Assembly: GCA_045546315.1 (NCBI GenBank)
Contig: JAZQCN010000036.1
Location: 108,329 to 172,328 of the forward strand
DNA length: 64,000 bases
Source: Clostridia bacterium
Lineage (GTDB): Bacteria; Bacillota; Clostridia; UBA1381; UMGS1253
Direction of reading: 5' to 3'
Positions 28,180-37,262 of this stretch are shown here, piece after piece (positions within the stretch are counted from its first letter, which is position 1; each line of letters begins with the position of its first letter). The notes beneath the pieces were generated by a model. It made no database searches, was not told where the DNA came from, and worked only from the letters and a program-made list of their open reading frames with translations. Position numbers and translations under genes: made by a program.

Positions 28180-29295
28180 ATGGCAAATGAAAATCTATCA
28201 AAAGCTAAGAATGCAAAAAATGACGAGTTTTATACACAGTACGAGGATATACAAAGAGAAATCAATGCGTATTTAGAATACAATCCCGATGTTTTTAAAG
28301 GCAAAACAATCCTGCTTCCCTGCGACGACCCCGAATGGAGTAACTTTACAAGGTTTTTTGCACAAAACTTTGCAAGCTTTGGCTTGAAAAAACTGATTAG
28401 TACAAGCTATGCGACAGAAAGCAAGGGAAATAACGGCTACTATCAGCTTTCCTTATTCGAAGAGGAGTCCCCGCAATTCGACGAAAACAAAACAAAGACA
28501 CACGGAAAAATATTTACGCTTACGCGCGACAGCAATCATTCCGGCGCAATTGATGTTGACGATTTGGAATGGCAGTATCTCGAAGGTGACGGCGACTTCC
28601 GCAGCGACGAGGTGAAGGCTCTAAGGGATGAAGCGGATATTATTGTGACAAATCCACCGTTTTCTTTGTTCAGAGAATTCCTTGCTTGGATCGTTGAAGG
28701 AAGCAAAAACTTTATAATCATTGGAAACCAAAACGCTATAACATACAAAGAGGTTTTTCCTCTGATAAAAGAAAACAAAATATGGCTTGGCAAGGGATTT
28801 AAAGGTGGTGCAACACATTTTATAAATAAATATTATACCGATTATGCTACCGCGAGTGACCATCGTGAAGGAATGATTCGTGTATCAGGGGTAGTGTGGT
28901 TTACAAACCTCGACCATGGTCGCAGACATCAACCTTTAAGCCTGATGACAATGGAAGATAACATAAAGTTCAGCAAGCATAAAGAAATCCGAAACATTGG
29001 TTACAGAAGTTATGATAATTATAATGCAATTGAAGTTCCATTCACCGATTCTATTCCCAGTGATTACGATGGTGTTATGGGCGTACCAATTACTTTTTTG
29101 GATAAGTACTGTCCTGAACAATTTGAAATCATATGGCAGGCAAGTGGCAACGCCTATGCAAATGCTCCTAAAGAAGTTCTAAAAATGCTCAATTTTGATC
29201 CAACTGTAAAATATGGCGGTGGACTTGGGGCGGCTGTTGTTGACGGGAAAGCAGTATACTCTCGAATACTCATAAGAAAGAAGGTAGTCAAATGA
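28180..29295 (+). CDS. N6-adenine-type DNA methyltransferase, EcoRI-methylase-like family
   Basis: 371 aa. N-terminal [12 protein letters not shown]. Catalytic motif [27 protein letters not shown]. Confidence 0.75.
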   Translation: MANENLSKAKNAKNDEFYTQYEDIQREINAYLEYNPDVFKGKTILLPCDDPEWSNFTRFFAQNFASFGLKKLISTSYATESKGNNGYYQLSLFEEESPQFDENKTKTHGKIFTLTRDSNHSGAIDVDDLEWQYLEGDGDFRSDEVKALRDEADIIVTNPPFSLFREFLAWIVEGSKNFIIIGNQNAITYKEVFPLIKENKIWLGKGFKGGATHFINKYYTDYATASDHREGMIRVSGVVWFTNLDHGRRHQPLSLMTMEDNIKFSKHKEIRNIGYRSYDNYNAIEVPFTDSIPSDYDGVMGVPITFLDKYCPEQFEIIWQASGNAYANAPKEVLKMLNFDPTVKYGGGLGAAVVDGKAVYSRILIRKKVVK

Positions 29296-30455
29296 TTACA
29301 ACCCTGAAAACCGACATCACCGTAGCCGACATTTGCAAAGGCTTTGTCTATAATGAATACGAGGGCAAGGGCTTATTTGGGCTGTCCGGCAAGCTTGTAA
29401 TTCAGCCGGAATATCAAAGAAACTACATCTATGCCGACGGCAAGCGTGATGTTGCCGTGATAGACTCTATTATCAAGGGCTATCCGCTCGGGCTTATCTA
29501 TTTTACAAAGGTTGCAGAAGATAAATATGAAGTGCTCGACGGGCAGCAGCGCATCACGAGCTTCGGCCGCTTTGTGACGAACAAATTTGCCATAACCGAT
29601 ACAAACGGCATTCCGCGCTATTTTTCCGGACTTGCCACAGATATACAGCAAAAGATTATGGAAACACCGCTTACGATTTACATCTGTGAAGGCACGGAGA
29701 GCGAAATCAAGGCATGGTTTAAAACCATCAATATTGCAGGCGTCCCCTTAAACGAGCAGGAGCTTTCTAACGCAATTCATTCCGGTCCGTTTGTAACCAA
29801 GGCGAAAGAAGAATTTTCAAACAGTCAAAACGCCAACATTCAGAAATGGAGCGCTTATATCTCCGGCAGTGTATTACGGCAGGATTATCTGCGCACAGCG
29901 CTTGAATGGGTAAGCAAGGGCAACATCGACGATTATATGAGCCGTCACCGCTACGACGAGAATATAAACGAATTAAAATCCTATTTCACAAGCGTGATAG
30001 ACTGGGTTTCAAGCGTATTTACCGATGTAGAAAGTGAAATGCGCGGTCTGCCTTGGGGCGAGCTTTACGAAAAGTATCACAAAAATTCCTACGATCCCGA
30101 TGTCGTGGCTGCGCATCTACGCTCACTTTATGCAGATTTTTATGTAAAAGACAAAAGAGGCATTTACGAATTCATTCTCGGCGGCTGTACAGATCACAAG
30201 CTGTTAAACATCCGCATCTTCGACGAGCCGACGAAAAAGACGGTTTATGCCATACAGACCGAAAAAGCGAAGGGCGAATGCATATCAAACTGTCCGCTCT
30301 GCGCCGTAGGCTTTGACAGCAACAAAACGCGCATTTGGAAAATAAGCGAAATGGATGCCGACCATGTTACCGCCTGGAGCAGAGGCGGCAGCACAGACAT
30401 GAAAAATTGTCAGATGCTTTGCAAGACACACAATAGAGCCAAGGGCAATAAATGA
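29292..30455 (+). CDS. DUF262 (ParB-like NTPase/nuclease superfamily) - HNH endonuclease fusion protein
   Basis: 387 aa. DUF262 signatures [11 protein letters not shown] and [10 protein letters not shown]-terminal zinc-HNH CPLC...[32 protein letters not shown]. The start overlaps the MTase stop (ATGA). Confidence 0.75.
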   Translation: MITTLKTDITVADICKGFVYNEYEGKGLFGLSGKLVIQPEYQRNYIYADGKRDVAVIDSIIKGYPLGLIYFTKVAEDKYEVLDGQQRITSFGRFVTNKFAITDTNGIPRYFSGLATDIQQKIMETPLTIYICEGTESEIKAWFKTINIAGVPLNEQELSNAIHSGPFVTKAKEEFSNSQNANIQKWSAYISGSVLRQDYLRTALEWVSKGNIDDYMSRHRYDENINELKSYFTSVIDWVSSVFTDVESEMRGLPWGELYEKYHKNSYDPDVVAAHLRSLYADFYVKDKRGIYEFILGGCTDHKLLNIRIFDEPTKKTVYAIQTEKAKGECISNCPLCAVGFDSNKTRIWKISEMDADHVTAWSRGGSTDMKNCQMLCKTHNRAKGNK

Positions 30456-30508
30456 GCATTGTAAAAAAGTATTGAAATGAAAAAAGGCTCCCCTATGTAA
30501 GGGGAGCC
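30456..30508 (+). repeat. right direct repeat of the island (displaced nth 3' end plus terminator hairpin)
   Basis: GCATTGTAAAAAAGTATTGAAATGA AAAAAGGCTCCCCTATGTAAGGGGAGCC. Reading frame g-CAT TGT AAA AAA GTA TTG AAA TGA gives HCKKVLK*. Confidence 0.8.
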
Positions 30509-30515
30509 TTTTTTG
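30486..30515. terminator. bidirectional intrinsic terminator (island/nth side versus convergent PTS gene)
   Basis: A-run, then GGCTCCCCtatgtaaGGGGAGCC, then TTTTTT. Confidence 0.75.
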
Positions 30516-30521
30516 CATATT

Positions 30522-32561
30522 CTAAAACTCTATTTCTATCACCGTATCACCGGCCGAAACCTTGCCGCTTGCAACGGTTTTGATGTCCTTTATGCCCTCT
30601 GCATCGGCAATCACCATCGGTGTGACGGTTTTATAGCCGGCGCGCTCGATTGCCGCCTTGTCAAAGCGAATCAGCGCATCGCCCTTTTTCACTTTATCTC
30701 CATCCTTGACAGCATATTCAAAATGCTTTCCCTTCAAATTCACCGTGTCGATGCCGACATGAATCAAAAGATTAAATCCATCCTCGGTTTGAATACCGAT
30801 GGCGTGCTTGGAGTCGACCAGATTACAAGCTACACCGTCACACGGCGCAAATATCACACCTGCCATCGGGCGGATAGCAATACCCTTGCCTAAGATTCCC
30901 TGACTGAATACCTCGTCCTCAACCTTTTCAAGCGGTACAATTTCACCATCTGCATATGCGCCAAGCGTAAATGCGCTGACTTTCGTCTCCACATGCATAT
31001 CCAGATAATCCTCTAAGTTCGACTTCACAACCGTTACCGTCGGACCGTAAATCACCTGCACGCCGTTGCCCTTTATAATCACACCGCTTGCACCGCTCTG
31101 CTTTAAGAGTGCATCCGACACCTTGCTGCCGTCCTTTACTGTAATTCTAAGGCGCGTTGCACAGCAGTCCACATCGGAAATATTTTCCTTACCTCCGAGA
31201 CCTTTTACAATCAGCTCCGACTGCTTGTTTCCCTGCTTTGCCGCCTCAACATCCTTTCGGGTATAGAGCTTCGTTTCCTCGCCCTCGTCCTCGCGGCCCG
31301 GCGTTTTATAGTTAAACTTCTTAATCATAAAGCTGAAAATGCCCCAGTAGATAAAGAAATACACAATACCGACAAGCACGATATAAATCCAGTTCGTCTT
31401 CGCGTTACCCTGCAGCACACCAAAGAGCACCAAGTCAATAATACCGCCGGAAAATGTCATACCCACGCCGACACGCAAAATGTGCATCAGCATAAAGGAA
31501 AGACCGGCTAAAACGCAGTGCACACCGTACATCAGCGGTGCAACGAAAATAAACGTAAACTCCAACGGCTCTGTGATACCCGTGAGCATCGCGGTCAGTG
31601 CAGCTGAGATTAAAAGGCTGCCCGCGACCTTGCGTTTTTCCGGCTTGGCGCATAAATACATCGCCAATGCCGCGCCCGGCAGACCGAATATCATGAACGG
31701 GAACTTACCTGCCATAAAGCGCGTCGCTTCCACATTAAACACCGTTGTAGACTTCGATGCCAGCTCTGCAAAATAGATGTTCTGCGCGCCCTGCACAAGC
31801 ACGCCGTCAATTACCGCGCTGCCGCCGACACTCGTCTGCCAGAACGGAATATAGAACACATGGTGCAAGCCAAACGGAATGAGCGCACGCTCGATGATGC
31901 CGTAAATCCATGTGCCGGCATAGCCGGATGCAAGCACAAGATTGCCAAGCATAGAGATGCCGCGCTGAATGAGCGGCCAGATAAAGAACAGCAAAATGCC
32001 GACCAAAACATACACCAGTGCCGAAATAATCGGCACAAAGCGCGTGCCGCCGAAAAATGCCAGCACCGGCGGCAGCTCGATTCTGTAGAAGCGGTTATGC
32101 AGCGCCGCAACACCCAAGCCGACAATAATACCGCCGAACACACCCATCTGCAGCGTGGTGATACCGAGCACACTCGCCGTCGAGTTGGTGAGCATACTCT
32201 CTGCGCCGCCGCGGGCATTAATTAAGGCAAAAATCGTGGTGTGCATAATTAAAAATGCCACTACGCTTGAAAGCGCCGCAACCTCTTTTTCCTTCTTTGC
32301 CATACCGATGGACACACCGATGGCAAACAAAAGCGCAAGGTTATCAAACACGGCGCTGCCCGCCTTGCTCATAATATCCAGCACCGTATACAAAAGGCTG
32401 CCCGGATAAATTACGCTTGTCAGGCGGTAGGCTTCCAGCATCGTCTGGTTGGTAAATGAGCTGCCGATGCCCAAAAGCAGACCTGCGACCGGCAAAATTG
32501 CAATCGGCAGCATAAACGAACGCCCGACTCTTTGCAATACGCCGAAAATTTTATCTTTCAT
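30522..32561 (-). CDS. PTS glucose/N-acetylglucosamine-family transporter, fused EIICBA
   Basis: ORF 30522-32771. ATG at 32559-32561 (MKDKIFGVLQRVGRSFMLPIAILP) is preferred, with GGGAGG RBS. EIIB DCCATRLR. EIIA LIHVGIDTVNLKGKHF. Confidence 0.85.
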   Translation of the reverse strand: MKDKIFGVLQRVGRSFMLPIAILPVAGLLLGIGSSFTNQTMLEAYRLTSVIYPGSLLYTVLDIMSKAGSAVFDNLALLFAIGVSIGMAKKEKEVAALSSVVAFLIMHTTIFALINARGGAESMLTNSTASVLGITTLQMGVFGGIIVGLGVAALHNRFYRIELPPVLAFFGGTRFVPIISALVYVLVGILLFFIWPLIQRGISMLGNLVLASGYAGTWIYGIIERALIPFGLHHVFYIPFWQTSVGGSAVIDGVLVQGAQNIYFAELASKSTTVFNVEATRFMAGKFPFMIFGLPGAALAMYLCAKPEKRKVAGSLLISAALTAMLTGITEPLEFTFIFVAPLMYGVHCVLAGLSFMLMHILRVGVGMTFSGGIIDLVLFGVLQGNAKTNWIYIVLVGIVYFFIYWGIFSFMIKKFNYKTPGREDEGEETKLYTRKDVEAAKQGNKQSELIVKGLGGKENISDVDCCATRLRITVKDGSKVSDALLKQSGASGVIIKGNGVQVIYGPTVTVVKSNLEDYLDMHVETKVSAFTLGAYADGEIVPLEKVEDEVFSQGILGKGIAIRPMAGVIFAPCDGVACNLVDSKHAIGIQTEDGFNLLIHVGIDTVNLKGKHFEYAVKDGDKVKKGDALIRFDKAAIERAGYKTVTPMVIADAEGIKDIKTVASGKVSAGDTVIEIEF

Positions 32562-32617
32562 ACTACAACCTCCCAAGGATTTATGTTTGTAGTATGAACA
32601 AAGAAAAAGCAAATTAT

Positions 32618-32660
32618 GAAAAAATTTAAAAAGCAGGAAAACCAATTTGTTTTCCTGCTT
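32618..32660 (-). terminator. intrinsic terminator between hemW and the PTS gene
   Basis: AAGCAGGAAAAC (32631-32642) pairs with GTTTTCCTGCTT (32649-32660). On the minus strand it is followed by TTTTTAAATTTTTT. Confidence 0.65.
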
Positions 32661-32735
32661 TAAATGCTTTGTTTCTCTCCCTCTGATACAGCGCATATGC
32701 CGTTTGTTTCTTCGCCCTGCCGGGCAGGCTCGCAA

Positions 32736-32759
32736 AACGACACACAGGTCGTTCCCTAC
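32736..32759. repeat. GTAGGG-anchored hairpin repeat (family member)
   Basis: AACGACacacagGTCGTTCCCTAC. Near-identical, in inverted orientation, to 36606-36631 (GTAGGGAACGACctatgtGTCGTTCC). Confidence 0.65.
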
Positions 32760-32778
32760 ATATTCCATCACTCGAACA

Positions 32779-33897
32779 CTATATCAACTCGCACAAAATC
32801 GAATTGCTTACCTGTATGCCCTTTTTTGTGAAAGCAATTCTTCCGTCTTTGCAAACCATAAACCCATTTTGGATATACAACTCCAGCTTCTTTTTGTGTG
32901 CATCATAAAAGTCATAGCCGAATTTTTCGGAAAATGCCGAAAGTGAAATGCCTTCTTTTAAACGAAGTGCCATCATAATATACTCACTTGCCAAATCTGC
33001 CTGTGTAAGTTTTGTCTGCTCTGCAATCGGTGCTTTGCCGCCCTCGAGCATTTGCAAATACTGCGTTAAATCGCGCACATTTTCCGTGCGCACGCTACCG
33101 TCAAAGCCGTGTGCGCCGAGCCCTGCCGCCAGATACGGACTGCAGTGCCAATATTTTAAATTGTGCCGGCTTTCAAAGCCGGATTTTGCATAATTTGAAA
33201 TCTCATAATGCACAAAGCCGTGCGCATCCAGAATTTCACCCGTGCGCGCATACATTGCGCGCTCACTGTCCTCATCAGGCAAATCCCGCCCGTCTGCATA
33301 CAGCTTTTCAAACGGCGTGTCCGGCTCGACAATTAAAGAATACGCGCTGATGTGCGTCGGCTCGTAGGAAAGTGCAATATGCAGATTTTCCTCAAAGCTT
33401 TCAACCGTCTGCTTGGGAATACCGCTCATCAAATCCAGGTTGATGTTTTCAAAGCCTGCGTTTTTTGCATCTGTGATACACACCTTTGCCGCTGCGCTGT
33501 CGTGCACGCGCCCGAGCAGCTTCAGTTCTGCATCGTGAAAGCTTTGCACGCCGATGCTTAAGCGGTTAATGCCCATTTTACGATACGCGGAAAGCTGATT
33601 AAAATCCGCCGTCGCCGGATTACACTCCGTTGTAATTTCTGCGTCCTGTTCCACGCTGTGGCGTGCATAAACTGCATCTAAAATCCGCTCTGTCTGCGCC
33701 GCGGTAAGCACGCTCGGCGTACCGCCGCCAAAAAAGATGCTGTCAATGTGTTGCGCCTGCTGTATGGAAATCTCACGCACAAGCGCAGAAACATACCTTT
33801 CACGCATCGCCTCATCCGCCGGGGCAGACAAAAAGTCGCAGTAGGCACACTTTTGTACGCAAAACGGAATATGCAAATATAAACCAAAACTATTCAT
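32779..33897 (-). CDS. hemW: radical SAM heme chaperone HemW (oxygen-independent coproporphyrinogen-III-oxidase-like)
   Basis: 372 aa. [10 protein letters not shown] radical-SAM cluster. Overlaps the lepA stop by 8 nt; the lepA-hemW pairing is classical. Confidence 0.85.
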   Translation of the reverse strand: MNSFGLYLHIPFCVQKCAYCDFLSAPADEAMRERYVSALVREISIQQAQHIDSIFFGGGTPSVLTAAQTERILDAVYARHSVEQDAEITTECNPATADFNQLSAYRKMGINRLSIGVQSFHDAELKLLGRVHDSAAAKVCITDAKNAGFENINLDLMSGIPKQTVESFEENLHIALSYEPTHISAYSLIVEPDTPFEKLYADGRDLPDEDSERAMYARTGEILDAHGFVHYEISNYAKSGFESRHNLKYWHCSPYLAAGLGAHGFDGSVRTENVRDLTQYLQMLEGGKAPIAEQTKLTQADLASEYIMMALRLKEGISLSAFSEKFGYDFYDAHKKKLELYIQNGFMVCKDGRIAFTKKGIQVSNSILCELI

Positions 33898-35689
33898 CGA
33901 GCTTGAGTACAGACATAAACGCCTCCTGCGGCAGCTCTACGCTGCCCACCTGGCGCATACGCTTTTTACCTTCCTTCTGCTTTTCAAGCAGCTTCTTTTT
34001 ACGGGTAATATCGCCGCCGTAGCACTTGGCAAGCACATCCTTGCGCATTGCCTTAACGGTTTCACGCGCAATAATCTTGCCGCCGATTGCCGCCTGAATC
34101 GGCACCTCAAAGAGCTGGCGCGGAATCGCTTCCTTCAGCTTTTCGGCAATTCGTCTGCCGCGGGCATACGATTTTTCGCGGTGCACGATAAACGAAAGTG
34201 CATCGACCATATCGCCGTTTAAGAGCATATCGAGCTTCACCAGATCGGAGCGCTGATAGCCGTAGAGCTCATAGTCAAACGATGCGTAGCCGCGCGTGCG
34301 CGATTTGAGCGCATCGAAAAAGTCATAAATAATTTCATTTAATGGCATATCGTAATGCAGCGATACACGGTCAGCATCGATATACTGCATATCCTTATAC
34401 ACACCGCGTCTGTCCTGGCAAAGCTCCATAATATTGCCGACATAATCCTTCGGCACCATAATGTCTGCCTTTACCATCGGCTCCTCCATATACTCAATCT
34501 CCGCAGCCGGCGGCAGATTGGTCGGGTTGGAAATATCGAAATACTCGCCGTTGGTCTTTTTTACCTTATACACAACGCTCGGCGCGGTTGTAACCAGGTC
34601 GAGGTTATATTCACGTTCGAGGCGTTCCTGGATGATTTCCATATGCAAAAGCCCCAAAAAGCCGCAACGGAAGCCAAAGCCGAGCGCCACGGAGGTCTCC
34701 GGCTCAAACACCAGAGAAGCATCATTTAACTGCAGCTTCTGCAGTGCATCGTTTAAATCATTGTATTTTGCGCCGTCCGCCGGATAAATACCGCTAAATA
34801 CCATCGGCTGTACATCACGGTAGCCTTTAAGCGGCTCTTTTGCCGGGCGGTCCGTTGTTGTAACGGTATCGCCTACACGCGCATCGCGCATCGACTTGAT
34901 GCTTGCCGCAATATAGCCAACCTCACCGGCAGAAAGGCTGTCCGCCTTCTGCATGCCGACCGGCTTTAAATACCCGACTTCCACAACCTCGTACTTTGCG
35001 CCGGTTGCCATCATCAAGATGGTCTGCCCCGCCTTGATTGTGCCTTCCTTGATGCGGACATAGACTATAACGCCCTTATAGCTGTCGTAGTACGAGTCGA
35101 AAATCAGCGCCTGCAGCGGTGCACTCGCATCGCCAGTCGGCGGCGGTACACGCTTTACAATTTCCTCCAAAACGGCAGGTATGTTGATGTTATTTTTCGC
35201 CGAAATCAGCGGCGCTTCCTGCGCCTCGATGCCGATAACGTCCTCAATTTCATTTTTAACCGCTTCCGGTCTTGCCGCCGGCAGGTCAATTTTATTGATG
35301 ACCGGCACAACCTCCAAATCGTGCTCAATGGCAAGATAGGTGTTGGCAAGCGTCTGCGCTTCGATGCCCTGCGAAGCATCAACAACCAAAATCGCGCCCT
35401 CGCAGGCTGCAAGCGAGCGAGACACCTCGTAGTTAAAGTCAACATGTCCCGGGGTATCAATCAGGTTTAAGACATAGTCCTCCCCGTCCTGCGCCTTGTA
35501 CTTTAAGCGCACGGCGCGCGCCTTAATCGTAATGCCGCGCTCACGCTCAAGGTCCATGTTATCTAAAAGCTGACTTTCCATGTCGCGCTGCTCAACCTCG
35601 CCGGTATTTTCCAACAGGCGGTCTGCCAGGGTTGACTTGCCGTGGTCAATATGTGCAATAATAGAAAAATTTCGAATGTTCTTTTGCAT
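33890..35689 (-). CDS. lepA: translation elongation factor 4
   Basis: 599 aa. G1 motif [24 protein letters not shown], and a conserved LepA C-terminal domain. Confidence 0.95.
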   Translation of the reverse strand: MQKNIRNFSIIAHIDHGKSTLADRLLENTGEVEQRDMESQLLDNMDLERERGITIKARAVRLKYKAQDGEDYVLNLIDTPGHVDFNYEVSRSLAACEGAILVVDASQGIEAQTLANTYLAIEHDLEVVPVINKIDLPAARPEAVKNEIEDVIGIEAQEAPLISAKNNINIPAVLEEIVKRVPPPTGDASAPLQALIFDSYYDSYKGVIVYVRIKEGTIKAGQTILMMATGAKYEVVEVGYLKPVGMQKADSLSAGEVGYIAASIKSMRDARVGDTVTTTDRPAKEPLKGYRDVQPMVFSGIYPADGAKYNDLNDALQKLQLNDASLVFEPETSVALGFGFRCGFLGLLHMEIIQERLEREYNLDLVTTAPSVVYKVKKTNGEYFDISNPTNLPPAAEIEYMEEPMVKADIMVPKDYVGNIMELCQDRRGVYKDMQYIDADRVSLHYDMPLNEIIYDFFDALKSRTRGYASFDYELYGYQRSDLVKLDMLLNGDMVDALSFIVHREKSYARGRRIAEKLKEAIPRQLFEVPIQAAIGGKIIARETVKAMRKDVLAKCYGGDITRKKKLLEKQKEGKKRMRQVGSVELPQEAFMSVLKLDE

Positions 35690-35768
35690 ATACTTTATCC
35701 ATTCCTTTATTTAGTGCATAGTATGATAGTTTATTGTACCACAGAATTGCAGATTTGTCACCTGTTTT

Positions 35769-36167
35769 TTAATAGCGTTTGCGATAGAACAAATATGCGC
35801 CAGATATTAAAAGCGTTTGAAAACAAGCGGTACAGGCCATAAGCATCTGCCAATCTTCCTTTTTCATAAGCGCAAACACAATAGATAACATATACTCTAC
35901 AGCTATCGAAATCCAAAGTGCCGTCGCATAGCTTTTTTGAGAAAGCCATATGTTACGCTCATCTTCATTTTCACACTGATACGCTTTAAGCTTTTCCGGA
36001 TGCTTGCAAAACTTGTAAATGCGTACACTTTGCAAAATAGCCACGCCCAACGCACCTGCACCGTAGCCGTCTAAAGGAAAATCGGTTACAACATCAGCAA
36101 CCAACAAACCCAATCCCAAAATCCATCCAATAACCGTACCCCAAATCAATCTTTTTGGTATTTTCAT
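35769..36167 (-). CDS. small integral membrane protein, translationally coupled to an HTH regulator
   Basis: 132 aa with 3-4 TM segments. 4-nt overlap (ATGA) with the upstream regulator gene. Confidence 0.5.
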   Translation of the reverse strand: MKIPKRLIWGTVIGWILGLGLLVADVVTDFPLDGYGAGALGVAILQSVRIYKFCKHPEKLKAYQCENEDERNIWLSQKSYATALWISIAVEYMLSIVFALMKKEDWQMLMACTACFQTLLISGAYLFYRKRY

Positions 36168-36367
36168 TGTTCGCCCTCCTCAAAAATAAATACATCCTCA
36201 ATATGACACTCAAAAGCCTTTGCAATCTTGTATGCCAACAGTATAGACGGATTGTATCGCCCGTTTTCCAAAGAAATAATTGTCTGCCTCGAAACCTGCA
36301 AAGCATCCGCCAACATTGCCTGCGTCATATTTCGCTGCTTCCGATACGCTTCAATTCTGTTTTTCAT
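36164..36367 (-). CDS. short XRE/Cro-type HTH transcriptional regulator
   Basis: ORF 36164-36418. ATG at 36365-36367 is preferred: [41 protein letters not shown]. Confidence 0.75.
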   Translation of the reverse strand: MKNRIEAYRKQRNMTQAMLADALQVSRQTIISLENGRYNPSILLAYKIAKAFECHIEDVFIFEEGEQ

Positions 36368-36463
36368 CCACTCACCTTCCTTAAACGTAAAGTCAACTTT
36401 ACATTTAATATAGCACATCCCTTTTCAAATGTCAAGCATGCTTTACATTTTTATAAAGCATAC

Positions 36464-36631
36464 GGGCGATTCGTGAATCGCCCCTACGAGCACAAATTGC
36501 AAGCAGTAGCGTAGGGCGATGATTTATCATTGCCGTAAAATTATGCCCCATTGACGGCGCGGCACACAGGCACGCGCCCTACGATGCTGATTAAAATGTA
36601 TATTTGTAGGGAACGACCTATGTGTCGTTCC
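36464..36631. repeat. cluster of four GTAGGG-anchored hairpin repeats in alternating orientation
   Basis: 36464-36487 GGGCGATTCgtgAATCGCCCCTAC. 36511-36534 GTAGGGCGATGATttATCATTGCC. 36556-36582 GGCGCGgcacacaggcaCGCGCCCTAC. 36606-36631 GTAGGGAACGACctatgtGTCGTTCC. Confidence 0.7.
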
Positions 36632-36674
36632 GCCAATTCTACACAAACAAAAAGAACGGTCAAGCATTGACCGT

Positions 36675-36935
36675 TCACTGTTCAAGTAGTTTTTGAAAAT
36701 CCTCAAGCAAAGCTTGCGGCGATACATCAAATATCTCGCAAAAGCACGCAAATTCATAATCCGTTACAATGCGCAGATTCTTTTCTATGCGACTAATCAT
36801 TTGCTGGTCCATATGCACACCCAACACCTGCATTTTTGCCGCTAATACCTCCTGCGACATGCCTGCTGCGCAACGCAAACGCTTAACGGAAGCTCCGACA
36901 ACATTCTTATGCTCGTTAAAGTCAATCTTCTTCAT
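36675..36935 (-). CDS. XRE-family HTH transcriptional regulator
   Basis: ORF 36675-37073. ATG at 36933-36935 is preferred: MKKIDFNEHKNVVGASVKRLRCAAGMSQEVLAAKMQV... Confidence 0.7.
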   Translation of the reverse strand: MKKIDFNEHKNVVGASVKRLRCAAGMSQEVLAAKMQVLGVHMDQQMISRIEKNLRIVTDYEFACFCEIFDVSPQALLEDFQKLLEQ

Positions 36936-37054
36936 CTTACCAAACCCTTTTACGTCAATCAAATGTAATTTCAGTTTGACTTTAACATATATTTTGTCGT
37001 ATAATACGTTATATAAACGTAAAATAGATATTTTTAGGGAGAAGGTATACACAA

Positions 37055-37210
37055 ATGAAAACTGCAAAAGCAAAACTTCTGCTTTGGTACTACAGAAGAA
37101 AAATGAACAGGCTGATTGCCAAAGGTATGCCTTTGACCGACGAAAAAGTAATTCGCGCTAGTCAAAAATGCGACAAATATATAAATCTATGTTTGGATTA
37201 CAAGCGATAA
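37055..37210 (+). CDS. Spo0E-like small protein (aspartyl-phosphate phosphatase family), below the ORF-track length cutoff
   Basis: Manual translation, 51 aa: MKTAKAKLLLWYYRRKMNRLIAKGMPLTDEKVIRASQKCDKYINLCLDYKR. It has the helix - SQxxDxxI pattern of Spo0E-family proteins. GAAGG lies upstream and a terminator downstream. Confidence 0.45.
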   Translation: MKTAKAKLLLWYYRRKMNRLIAKGMPLTDEKVIRASQKCDKYINLCLDYKR

Positions 37211-37237
37211 GTGGCGCTGCGCCAATTCCGCACAAAA

Positions 37238-37262
37238 CAAAAAAGGGCTTTCGCCCTTTTTT
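37238..37262. terminator. bidirectional terminator
   Basis: AAAAAAGGGCtttcGCCCTTTTTT. Confidence 0.6.

Larger units (their letters stand above)
27597..30455. mobile_element. about 2.9-kb genomic island (integrated element remnant, no recombinase gene) carrying XRE regulator, MTase and DUF262-HNH nuclease
   Basis: Flanked by the direct repeats 27572-27635 and 30456-30508. The right repeat still encodes HCKKVLK*, identical to the nth C-terminus. The island, especially 27724-29290, looks AT-richer than its flanks by eye. Confidence 0.65.

Noticed and set aside
28180-29295. Calling the island a conventional type II R-M system with a named specificity
   Set aside because: The nuclease partner is a DUF262-HNH fusion, not a recognisable type II endonuclease fold. 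No recognition sequence can be inferred from sequence alone, so it is reported as a hypothesis.
32600-32700. RAT (ribonucleic antiterminator) site for a BglG/GlcT-type regulator
   Set aside because: Only a loose resemblance (GCAGGAAAACA versus consensus GCAGGCAAAACC). The partner half of the RAT stem is missing, and no PRD antiterminator gene is in the window.
32562-32771. 70-codon N-terminal extension of the PTS ORF (start at 32771)
   Set aside because: The extension covers the terminator and GTAGGG hairpin. A canonical PTS EIIC N-terminus (MKDKIFGVLQRVGRSFMLP) begins at the ATG at 32559-32561, which has a GGGAGG RBS. The same logic trimmed the HTH ORFs at 36418 and 37073, divIC at 62331, spoIIAA at 18651 and GH3 at 45693.
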